A stretch of 61,537 nucleotides of DNA, counting the filler, from Pirum gemmata (taxonomy: Eukaryota): the NCBI GenBank assembly GCA_002812295.1. It is 16 parts of 16 records of this genome, joined end to end, with 100 filler letters (N's around TTAATTAATTAA, not from the genome) between each part and the next. Parts side by side here need not be neighbours in the genome. Positions count along the whole stretch, not along the records: positions 22,320 to 25,815 come from PDIN01002539.1; positions 25,916 to 29,302 come from PDIN01002540.1; positions 29,403 to 36,177 come from PDIN01002541.1; 13 more parts are not named here. One strand, written 5' to 3'. The position numbers were made by a program, and so were the translations under genes. The notes beneath the pieces are model-generated. The model did not search any database and had not been told where the DNA came from. It saw nothing but the letters and a program-made list of their open reading frames with translations. Below are positions 23,030-33,809 of this stretch, one piece after another (the first letter of the stretch is position 1; each line of letters begins with the position of its first letter).

Positions 23030-23322
23030 AATGGCAATAATTCCATGCAACAAAAAAAAAAATGGCAATAATTCCATACAACAACAAAAAAAAAAAAATG
23101 GCAATAAAACCATAAAACAAAAAAAAAAATGGCAATTTCTAGGGTAGAAGTATACATTGCAAATGGCAATATTTCAAGTGTAGAAGTATACCTTGTAAAT
23201 GGCAATATTTCAAGGGTAGAAGTATACCTTGTAAATGGCAATGTTTCTAGGATAGAAGTATACCTTGTAAAGGGCAATACTTCAAGGGTAGAAGTATAGC
23301 TTGGAAGGGCAATACTTCAAGG
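23030..23322. repeat. ~36-bp tandem repeat
   Basis: GGCAATATTTCAAGGGTAGAAGTATACCTTGTAAAT about 5 times, preceded by three A-rich variants that keep AATGGCAAT. Confidence 0.85.
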
Positions 23323-23534
23323 CCAAGGGAGAAGGGTTATTATTATTACATCATTATAAAAAAAGGAAATATAGTACTACTACTACTACTACTACTACTA
23401 TATACTATCAGATAATGCTACTATCATACAGGTATGCATTTTTTCTGCTACTATAGTAATCTGCTACTAATCTACAACTACTATAATACTACAGCTAACT
23501 AATGCATTACTTCTGCTACCATAATAATCTACTA

Positions 23535-23631
<97 letters not shown>

Positions 23632-23805
23632 CACTACTACNNNNNNNNNNNNNNNNNNNNNNNNNNNNNNNNNNNNNNNNNNNNNNNNNNNNNNNNNNNN
23701 NNNNNNNNNNNNNNNNNNNNNNNNNNNNNNNNNNNNNNNNNNNNNNNNNNNNNNNNNNNNNNNNNNNNNNNNNNNTACTACCACTACTACTACTACTACT
23801 ACTAT

Positions 23806-23846
<41 letters not shown>

Positions 23847-23855
23847 TTACTACTA

Positions 23856-23889
<34 letters not shown>

Positions 23890-24169
23890 CACTGCTATTG
23901 CTACTACAACTACTACTACCACTACAGCTAACTAATACATTACTTCTGCTACCATAATAATCTACTTTTACCATACTAATGACTATGATAATAATCTATA
24001 GATGAGATAGACTACTAGCTAGACTAGCTAGCTCTAGTAGCTAGAGAGTCTATAGATTTTGTAATATTGTAGAATTTATTTATTATCATAAAATATTAAA
24101 TTTTATAGTTTTATAAATAAGTACTAGTAAATTAAATTTTGTTATATAATTAGATTTAGTGTTGGTCGT

Positions 24170-24675
24170 GGTAGTATTGTTTGACTATGTCGTTGTATAT
24201 TGTGTTGGCTGTGGTAGTATTAATTGATTGTGTTGTAATATATTGAATGCAGTATAGATTGATTGTGAACTGTAATAAATTGAATATATTAATTGTGTGT
24301 TGTAGTAATGCTAATTATAATTTTAAGTGTATTAATATATTATAATAAAATTAAAATTTACATATATAGTATTTGAATATACATTGAATATATATAGTAG
24401 AATAATTAAGTATAGTTAGATGTATATACATCGACCCTAACCCTAACCCTAAGTATTGTTTGACTGTGTCGTTGTATATATTGAATGTAGTGTTGGTTGT
24501 GGTATTAATTGATTGTGTTGTAATATATTGAATGTAGTATAGATTGATTATGAACTGTAATAAATTGAATGTATTAATTGTGTGTTGTATTAATAGTAAT
24601 ACTCATTATAATTTTAAGTGTATATTATAATAAAATTAAAATTTACATTGTATTTGAATTTATATTGTAGTTAGA
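24170..24675. repeat. Tandem duplication (~280 bp x2) separated by CCCTAA repeats
   Basis: AGTATTGTTTGACT...TAAAATTAAAATTTACAT occurs twice. Confidence 0.75.
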
Positions 24676-26361
24676 TATGTATAGTTTAATAATTTAATTA
24701 GTGAGTTAAAGTTAATTAAGCTAGCTAGTATCGTAGTAGCTAGCTAGTTACGATATCATAGCTACTACTATCATGATACGAGCTACTAGCTACTAGTAGC
24801 TAGAGAATCGTAGAGAGTATGATACAGTATAGAGACTCAACTTAGCCGAGTACTGCGGGGTACTACTGCCAAGTTTACCTGTAGCAATATTTTTTTTTAA
24901 AAAAAAAAAGTTAATAAATAGATTTTCAAAGTTTTTATTGGTTTTTGTTTGAAATTCAAAAGGTCTAGCTAGCCAATGGTAATAGCATTTAGGATTGATT
25001 TACTTTATTTAGAAATATTTTTTTTTTCTATTTTTTAACAGCCATTGTCAGCCAAGCCGGAAAAAACTGTAGAAATCTTTTTTTTTTTCAGACTTCTTTC
25101 CTAAAAACCTAGTCAAATTTTAAATTGGTTCGGTTCATTATAGAGTTTTCCTACTTTCTCGAATTTTGGTATACAGTATACTATATTATACTAAGTAGCA
25201 CTTTCATTACATTAAATTTTTGAGATTTTTTGGATTTTACACAAAATATTTAACCAATAACAGTTAGTATAGATTCAACTAAGTTAGCAATATTTCTTTT
25301 TTTAGATAGATTCAACTAATTTGGTAATGTTTCTTTTTTTTAGATAAAAGGCCTTGTGAGTTGTCCAGACTCCAGAGTCCAAACCCGCCTGGGAGCCTGG
25401 GTCGCCCAGGGACCTATGGGTGAGTATTGAGCCCGGGCGAGAGGTCATGGGCGGGCGGGTAGACCTTTTTTGTTAGGCCTCCAAGCTCGCTCATATAAGG
25501 TTTAGATTGTTTAGACCCCAGGAGTCTATCGGTATAATAATATTATCATAATATTATTATAATAATATCATCATGTAGCCCGTAGACCTACGATTATTTT
25601 TTCCAAGCCAGCTAGATCTAGCTAGCTAGTAGCCACTAGCTCTAGGCCAGCTATTTTTATTTTACTAAATTTTTTCAGTTTTTCTTCCTTCATCAAGGCA
25701 AAAAAATTCTAATAATAATTATTATTATTTATTACTATTTGTTGGATTATGTAATTATAATAACTATTACAAAAGATTAATTATAATAGACTAAAATAGT
25801 ATGACGTAATTTTATNNNNNNNNNNNNNNNNNNNNNNNNNNNNNNNNNNNNNNNNNNNNTTAATTAATTAANNNNNNNNNNNNNNNNNNNNNNNNNNNNN
25901 NNNNNNNNNNNNNNNGTTAGGGTTAGGGTTAGGGTTAGGGCTAGGGTTAGGGTTAGGGTTAAGGTAAAGGGTTAGAATTATAAAATCAGGGTTAGGGTAC
26001 CAGTTAATCTTATAATTAGGGTTAAAAGGTTAGGGTTAGGGTTAGGGTTGTTGATACATGTTAAGTAGTTAGTACATTATAGTATATAGTTTATTATTAA
26101 TATACTTATATGATTTATATATATAATATTATGTTTTATCTTATAATATTTGAAGTCTAGTTAATCGGCAGATAATAATAAGTTTTATTATAATATTTTC
26201 TTTATTTTTTTATTATTTTTTTTATATTTTTTATTATTCCTATTTTAGCAGAGAAGATATATAAACTGTATTTGAATGTATAAGTAAAATTTTTTTTTAT
26301 TTTATTTTTTTTATTAATTTAATTATTTTATAAATTGTAATTTATATTAGTAGTCATAATC

Positions 26362-27318
26362 ATGTCTGGCAATAATGATGCATCCTCTAGTAATGATGTA
26401 AGAGATTTTAATTTAGAGTTAGAAAGTTTTGTGCTTAAAGGTAAAACAGAGGTACAAAATAGATTAAAAATCTATAATGAAAAGTTTAGTAACAATGAGG
26501 AGTTAACGGCTGATGAGTTTCAAAATTACAAATATGTGTTAGAGTTAGCTCTTAAATTGGATCAAGCATTGGGTACTCACATAAAATTACCACTATCACC
26601 TTCAAAGCCAGATAGTATGAAGAAAGGTTTAGATGATAAAGTTTTATTACAATTAATGGAGTTAATAGTAACTCACATCGATACTAATCATGTACCTAAG
26701 AGTAGAGTAAGTGATTATTTCGAAAAAGTTTGTATTGATTTTGAATTTAAATCATTAGCAGCCCATATAAAAAACAATTTAAAAGGTAAAAGTAGCCAGG
26801 AAATAGTCAATGACTGTATTAGAGAATTTTCAAATACAATTTTTAATTCTTATTTGGTTAATTCTATTAAATTTAGAAGGTTGTGGCGAGATAAGGAGAG
26901 TTTTATTGATTGTATTAGTAGATACGAAGAATTATTTCATGAATCAAAACATACAGTTGATCTGGATTTTTTGTTAACTAAAGGTATATTACAACTACCT
27001 GAGGCCTATCAGATAAAATTTAGTTCTGATATGCGTAGTAAGGATATTACTATGGATTTTTATAAAACGCATATTAACAACTACTTTTCAGAACTAAGAA
27101 CATTAGCTTTAACGGCTGATAATGATCATAAACGATCATATAACAATAATAATAATAATAATGATAATAAACGTTCCAAAATAGATATTTGTAGCGAATG
27201 TTATGGTAAAGAAAATCATAAGATTAATTGTAGTATTGCACCACGATGTGATGAGTGTCACTTTGTTAATAACAAACATAAAGATAAATGTAGTAAAAAT
27301 GTAAAAAGAGAAGAATGA
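26362..27318 (+). CDS. gag: Gag with two variant CCHC zinc knuckles
   Basis: 318-aa ORF directly upstream of pol. CSECYGKENHKINC and CDECHFVNNKHKDKC at the C-terminus. Confidence 0.85.
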   Translation: MSGNNDASSSNDVRDFNLELESFVLKGKTEVQNRLKIYNEKFSNNEELTADEFQNYKYVLELALKLDQALGTHIKLPLSPSKPDSMKKGLDDKVLLQLMELIVTHIDTNHVPKSRVSDYFEKVCIDFEFKSLAAHIKNNLKGKSSQEIVNDCIREFSNTIFNSYLVNSIKFRRLWRDKESFIDCISRYEELFHESKHTVDLDFLLTKGILQLPEAYQIKFSSDMRSKDITMDFYKTHINNYFSELRTLALTADNDHKRSYNNNNNNNDNKRSKIDICSECYGKENHKINCSIAPRCDECHFVNNKHKDKCSKNVKREE

Positions 27319-29302
27319 CTAAGTAATACTGATTATAATATTATTAATGAAGAGATAGAAACATTATTACATAATAATAATAATAATAATAATAACAATA
27401 ATACTACTAATGTTAATAAAATTAAGAATGATGATAATTATAGTTGTTTATGGAATGATCAATGGAATGCAGAGTTATTGGAGACTATTGATTTAGTAAG
27501 AGAGATTCATGGGGAGAAACTTGGTTTACAGGTTTGTACTAATATTGAAGTGAATGGACAAATGTTAATGGGTTTAATTGATACTGGTACGACTGTAACA
27601 TTAATATCAAAACAAGCTGCACAATTTTTAGGATGTAAAACAATAAATGAAAATGAAATATTGTACGGTGTTAATAGTAATATAAACATGGTTATAGATG
27701 GTAGTATTGACTGTACTTTAAAATTAGGAGAATATAAAATAAATAGTAATATAAAAATTTATGATATCGATCAGTACGATATAATTTTAGGAATGGATGT
27801 GCTAGGCTCACTTGGTATATACGTATCAGGTTTACCAAAGCCTAATTGGGCAAATGAACAAATAGTTGAGACTATAACAAAATTACAACATACTACTGAT
27901 GAAGAAGTTTATAATTTTAGAGATGTAGTTCAGCCGTTGTTAAATGAAAACTGTAAAATAAAGGTGTCAGATTGGGCTACTTCTGTAAACTCGACTATAA
28001 GAGTGGATTTAGACGATAACCAATTAAAAAAGGTTAAATTTCATACTCAAAATTTTGTAGCTAAACAACATTATACAGTTGTAGACAAGCAGATCGAAAC
28101 TTGGTTACGAGATAAAACTATTCGAGTCAATACCGATTATTCTTTAATAAACATTCCTATTTTAGCTGTTCCTCAATATAAACATGACGGTTCGCTCAAA
28201 AAGGTTCGAGTTTGCATGGACATGAGAGTTATCAATCGATATTTGATGACTGATCGTATGTTTATTCCGAAGATCGAAAATGTTTTGAAAGAAATTGCTG
28301 GTTCGAAAATTTACAGTACTCTTGATTTGAAATCTGGATATCACCAGTTTAATATCGATCCAGCATCACAGAAATATTTTGCGTTTACTTGGCGAAACAC
28401 ACAGTATGTATTTCAAGGGGCGCCGTTTGGCCTTTCTAGTTTAGTTTCTCAATTTCATAGGTCTATTTCTTTGCTTTTTTCAGATTTACCTAGAGTTTTT
28501 GTCTATTTGGATGATATTTGTATAGCCTGTAACGATCCTAGTGAACACCAACATTTGTTAAAGGAGGTTATTACTCGGCTAACTAAGCATAATTTATTAC
28601 TTAATGAGGAAAAATGTATTTTTGGTACTAAAAAAGCAACTATATTAGGCTTTGAAGTTTCTGAATGTGGTATTGAAGTTAGTAAAAAACGTGTAGATCA
28701 TGTATTAGAGATTCCTGTTCCGAAAACCGGGAAAGATGTAGCTAGTCTATTGGGTACTGTAAATTTTTTTCGTGCGCATATTCCGAATTTTTCGATTATT
28801 ACAAAATCTCTAAATAGTCTACGCAATGCGAAAGATTTATCCGCTCTTTGGACTGCGGAACATGATCATGCGCTAGAATTATTACGTCGTGCGATTACGT
28901 CATCTGAAATTTTGAAAATTCCCAAAGATGACGTCACTATGAATGTTGAAGTGGATGCCTGTAAAACTGGTATAGGAGGTTCTATTTTTCAGTGGGTAGA
29001 TAATAAAAAACATTATCTAAAGTTTTTTTCTTATGGATTTACGGGCCCAGAATTAAATTGGGACACTCCGAAGCAAGAGTTATTTGGCGTGAAGTTTGCT
29101 TTAGAGCATTGTCAAGATTATCTTATTGGAAGAAAATTTAATGTTTATTGTGATAATAAATCTGTCACGTATTTACAATCAGCTAGTCTAGACAAACAAG
29201 TTATACGTAGGTGGTTAGATGTTTTAGGCTCTTTTTCTTTTACGATAACACATGTGGAAGGAGAGTTGAATAACTTACCTGATTTACTATCTAGAATCTG
29301 TC
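27319..29302 (+). CDS. pol: Pol (aspartic protease, reverse transcriptase, RNase H), 3' partial, in frame with gag
   Basis: LIDTGTT and ILGMDVL (PR); LDLKSGYHQ, APFGL and YLDDI (RT); VDACKTGIGG, QELFGV, YCDNKS and LPDLLSR (RNase H). The frame is open from the codon after the gag TGA. Confidence 0.95.
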
Positions 29303-30307
29303 NNNNNNNNNNNNNNNNNNNNNNNNNNNNNNNNNNNNNNNNNNNNTTAATTAATTAANNNNNNNNNNNNNNNNNNNNNNNNNNNNNNNNNNNNNNNNNN
29401 NNGTTGTTGTTGTTGTTGTTGTTGTTGTCGGTGTTGTTGTTATAATTATTATTATTATTATTATTGTGATGGTGGTGGTGGTTGTTATGTTATAAATAAT
29501 ATTTATCGTTTTAAAATTATTCACTATCAAAATATCGAAATATATATTTACATTTTTTATTATTATTATTATTTTATTAGTTTAATTAATAATAGTTTTA
29601 TATAATAATAATGATGATATTAAAAAAAATTTATTGAATCACCGTAGACGTAACTGTAGACGTAAAGAGTCAGACGCAGGAGTCAGACGTATTCGCAATT
29701 TCGAGTCCCAATTTCCACCAAGTCATTTTTTTAGAAATCAACTTTTCATTATTAATTGGGTAGAAAATAGTTTTTAATTGATATCTTTCCTATTTCAAAA
29801 AATATTTAAATTCAATATCATATTGTACCTAATTAGGAAAATGGGCTTTTTTTTTAATTAATTTGCTGTTTTTTTTATTAAAGTGGTGACGTTATGTCAC
29901 CCCTTTTATTCCAACTTTTATTTTTATCTTCTATCATTGGTGAAAGATAAGGCACAGACGGGTTAGAGTTAGGGTTAGGGTTAGGGTTAGGGTTAGGGTT
30001 AGGGTTAGGGTTAGGGTTAGGGTTAGGGTTAGGGTTAGGGTTAGGGTTAGGGTTAGGGTTAGGGTTAGGGTTATTGACTACGAATAGTCTTAGAAACTAT
30101 AGAGGCGACTATAAAAAAAAAAAAATTAATAATAATAATTATGCTAGACAATTATGTGTTTATTTATTTCTTTATTTTTTTGAAATTATGCATATTGAAT
30201 TTCATTTTTATTAAATGAAAAAAAAAAATAGATTTTATTTAACTGGTTTTTAAGTTCGGTATTTGATAAACACCATTTTCCATTTTTACTGTTCTTTCTA
30301 TCATTCC

Positions 30308-30870
30308 AAAGGTTCAAAAAGATCACACTCCGATCGACAAGATGCTGCTGAGCCAGATTCTTCAAAGAAGAATAACTTTGATGGTCGATGAAATCGCCAG
30401 GTTAATTGACCCTGGCTATGGTGAAGGTATTGCATATCTATCGGAAAGATGTCCATTCACTTTACAAAAAAAATGGAGCATCTGGCGATGAACTTCACAA
30501 AGCTTCTAACAGCAAAGGTTCAAAAAGATCACACTCCGATCGACAAGAAAGTCGGAATTCTGCGTCTGTTTGACCCTTACAGTCACTTTTTGTGGTTACG
30601 GTCGTCGGCCTTTTTTCCACACTCAGAACAAGGCTTTTTTAAAGTTCCTTCATTCTGTCTGTTGTTATCCGCGGCTTTCTGTTTTGCCTTTTTATTCTTC
30701 TTTGAAGAATCTGGCTCAGCAGCATCTTGTCGATCGGAGTGTGATCTTTTTGAATTTTACTGCCAACCCTCTTTAGAGGGTTGGCGTGGTATGGTAGAAA
30801 GGGGAAATGGTTTACTACATGAGGTTGCGTTAGCATTATTAGCTGATAGTGGTCTAAGTTTTGAATTGTT
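30308..30870. pseudogene. Rearranged gag/ORF1-like remnant with direct and inverted internal copies
   Basis: TTCAAAAAGATCACACTCCGATCGACAAGA occurs at about 30313, about 30519 and inverted at about 30724-30753. The minus strand gives KRSHSDRQ...KKPCSECGKKADDRNHKK (zinc-knuckle-like). Confidence 0.5.
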
Positions 30871-30946
30871 TGTTTGTTGTTTGTTATTTATTGTTTGTTT
30901 GTTGTTTGTTGTTTGTTTGTTGTTTGTTGTTTGTTTGTTGTTTGTT

Positions 30947-31265
30947 GATTCGGGATTAATAGTTTAAGAGTAATAGTAAAATTTAAACATTACTTATTCA
31001 ATTGTTATTTTATTTTTTTTTTGTGTGTTTTTTATTATTTTAACCAAAATATTCTTGTTATTTATACCTTAAACAAATAATTAGTATAACAACTATTATT
31101 TGTCTTGCTACTACTAAATAAGTATTGACAACTATATATATATAACTAGGCTACCATATATTGATACTACTAAATAAGTATATACCACACTTCCTAATCA
31201 AGACCTATTGTCCATATAAGCATAGGATAAACAACCAATAATAATTATAGAATAGATTCCGAATC
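30947..31265 (-). repeat. Copia LTR (3' LTR)
   Basis: Direct repeat of 32218-32595, bounded by GATTCGG...CCGAATC; PPT adjacent at 31266-31275. Confidence 0.88.
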
Positions 31266-32188
31266 TCCCCCTATTCTTTAATTATTTTGTTAACCAATTC
31301 TCTAAATCCTTGCTAGAAATATAATCTATTTAATTAATCCTTGATTAATCATTTCTCGAACTGCATGATATTTAACATTATTATGTTTAACTTTCTTAGA
31401 ACACTTAAAATCATTGCCAACGCTAATAGCAGCATGATTATCATAATACAAGATTATTGGTAATTTTACTTTTATATCTAACTCCCCTAGAACGTTTAAT
31501 AGCCATTTTATCATACGAATACCTTCACCCATCGCAATATACTCGCTTTCACATGTACATGTGCTCCAAGCAACTGATTTTTGTAAGTGTGGCTCCCATT
31601 GAATAGATGTTTCGTTTATATTTAAAATAGCGCCCGTTCTACTTTTTCTATTTTCTTTATTTGCTGCAAAATCTGCATCGACATAGCACTTTACTTCTAA
31701 ACTTTCCTTTTTAACATAGTTCAATCCGTAGTTTATTGCAAGTAATAGTCTGATATTAATAGTACTTTTTGAGACTGCTGGAGCTGCTGTTTCATTGTAG
31801 TCCACTCCCCAGGTTTGAGTAAACCCTCTGGCTACCAGCCTAGCCTTTCTTTTCAAAAAATTTCCATTTTCGTCCTTTTTTACTTTAATTAAAAATAAAT
31901 TTTGTCTCTATTCCTTTTTGTTCAGTATTTATGATAGTTTAACATCCCCGGACACATTCATTCCAATCGTTAGTAACACTTTACTTTTTTCTTTTTCAGT
32001 TTTCCCCGATTCCTCTGCTGTAGCGTTTTCCTCTTTAATGTATTTGTACAGTCCCTTGCTTTTGAGAAAAATGACTAGTCTACTGTTTGTTTCCAGACAA
32101 CCCAGTGCTCGGCGAATTCCAATTTTGGGGTTACTGTTAAGATTGTCATTGTTAGTGAGGTTGATGCTTGTTGTAGAGTGAGTTAGAT

Positions 32189-32218
32189 TTGGTTATAGAG
32201 CTAGTGGTGCTGATAACG
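32189..32218 (-). promoter_or_regulatory. Primer-binding site complementary to the D-arm/anticodon arm of tRNA-Ile
   Basis: The plus strand TTGGTTA(TA)GAGC(TA)GTGGTGCTGATAACG matches eukaryotic tRNA-Ile TTGGTTAGAGCGTGGTGCTAATAACG (recalled from memory) and abuts the LTR. Confidence 0.75.
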
Positions 32219-32595
32219 ATTCGGGATTAATAGTTTTTAAGAGTAATAGTAAAATTTAAACATTATTTATTCAATTGTTATTTTAGTTGTTTTTGTGTGT
32301 TTTTTATTATTTTAACCAAAATATTCTTGTTATTTATACCTTAAACAAATAATTAGTATAACAACTATTATTTGTCTTGCTACTACTAAATAAGTATTGA
32401 CAACTATATATATATAACTAGGCTACCATATATTGATACTACTAAATAAGTATTGACAACTATATATATATATAACTAGGCTACCATATATTGATACTAC
32501 TAAATAAGTATATACCACACTTCCCAATCAAGACCTAATGTCCATATAAGCATAGGATAAACAACCAATAATAATTATAGAATAGATTCCGAATC
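32218..32595 (-). repeat. Copia LTR shared between tandem units
   Basis: Near-identical to 30947-31265 plus an internal ~57-bp duplication. PPT on one side, PBS on the other. Confidence 0.88.
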
Positions 32596-33809
32596 TCCCC
32601 CTATTCTTTAATTATTTTGTTAACCAATTCTCTAAATCCTTGCTAGAAATATAATCTAATTTAATTAATCCTTGATTAATCATTTCCCGAACTGCATGAT
32701 ATTTAACATTATTATGTTTAACTTTCTTAGAACACTTAAAATCATTGCCAACGCTAATAGCAGCATGATTATCATAATACAAGATTATTGGTAATTTTAC
32801 TTTTATATCTAACTCCCCTAGAACGTTTAATAGCCATTTTATCATACGAATACCTTNAAAGAACAATAACGACAATAATAATTATAATTAATATATGGCA
32901 TTGATAGTAATATTATAATAATAATATTATTAATAATAATAATAATAATAATAAAGTAAAATGAAATTTTAGAATAATTATAAGTTATAATAATATATTA
33001 TACGGGTGACATTAATGATTGTATACAATATCAAATTGAACGTATTCGTAGCTTAATCATATATAATATACAAAAGTTTTATCACCAGAATGATCAGTTG
33101 TCATTATTAGTTCGGTTACAATAATATAGAATCGAATGAGAAAATCAAAGACAAGTTCCATCACATGGTAACACATTTTTGTAAACCTGGTATTAATTTA
33201 ACTATGATGCGGAAAATTAATACATATGAACACCACTGTATCTGTTGGCAATTAATAATTTAAAACACGTTTTAGAAATACCCATTGCTGATTTTTTACC
33301 CGTATTTTCCTAACAACACTATACTTCTTCTGTATATAATTATATATACATGTATATAATATTATGCTATTAATACTTAGTTGTCTTAGTCTATGGCGGT
33401 CAAAAAAGGAAATCTTCGAATATACTATATAATTATGTATAATTGTATGTATTAATTAATATATAATATTATGTAATATTCCTCTTAGTTAGTCTATGGA
33501 AGTCAAAAAAGGATAGCGTGATCCTTTCATAGTTTTCTTTGTTATAGTACTGTATAATATAATTATAATATTATCTGCATAAAAGTGTAATTTATATAAA
33601 AAAGTAAAAAAATATTATGTCACAAAAATAACAATAATAGAATAAAAAAAAAAAGTACAAAAAGGAGAAAGTAAGAAAAAAAAGAAAAAGGTAAAAGTAA
33701 AGGAAAAAAAAAATTAAATAATATTAATAATTGAATAGCAAAAAAGTTTTATTAACAAAAAAAGTATTAAAAATTTTTAAAGTATAAATTTTTAAAGTAT
33801 TAGAATAAA

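Larger units (their letters stand above)
26362..29302 (+). mobile_element. Ty3/Gypsy LTR retrotransposon internal region (gag-PR-RT-RNase H), truncated by scaffold end
   Basis: Domain order gag, protease, RT, RNase H with no integrase before RT; uninterrupted reading frames. Confidence 0.95.
30947..32856 (-). mobile_element. Tandem internally deleted Ty1/Copia element (RNaseH-PPT-LTR-PBS-gag'-RT'-RNaseH-PPT-LTR)
   Basis: gag start at 32149 (MTILTVTPKLEFAEHWVVWKQTV..IFLKSKGLYKYI), RT motif KARLVARGFTQTWGVDYNET, RNase H CYVDADFA/SRTG/ESEYIAM/DNHAAI. PPT AATAGGGGGA abuts each LTR. Confidence 0.9.

Noticed and set aside
23030..23322. CRISPR-like 36-bp repeats or coding ORF 22957-23277
   Set aside because: Head-to-tail repeats without spacers; the ORF is a by-product of a unit length divisible by 3.
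26049..26361. 5' LTR and PBS of the Gypsy element starting at TGTTGATA next to a TTAGGG tract
   Set aside because: There is no second LTR in the scaffold, no matching inverted end and no recognisable PBS, so boundaries cannot be supported.
29960..30072. True chromosome telomeres
   Set aside because: The tracts are flanked by unique sequence on both sides and occur in both orientations, including inside introns.
30449..30967. 172-aa plus-strand ORF
   Set aside because: It spans rearrangement junctions and a TTTG microsatellite, and is mostly antisense to the gag-like remnant.
32189..32218. tRNA-Ile gene
   Set aside because: Only the D-arm to anticodon portion is present, with no acceptor or T arm; it is better explained as a PBS.
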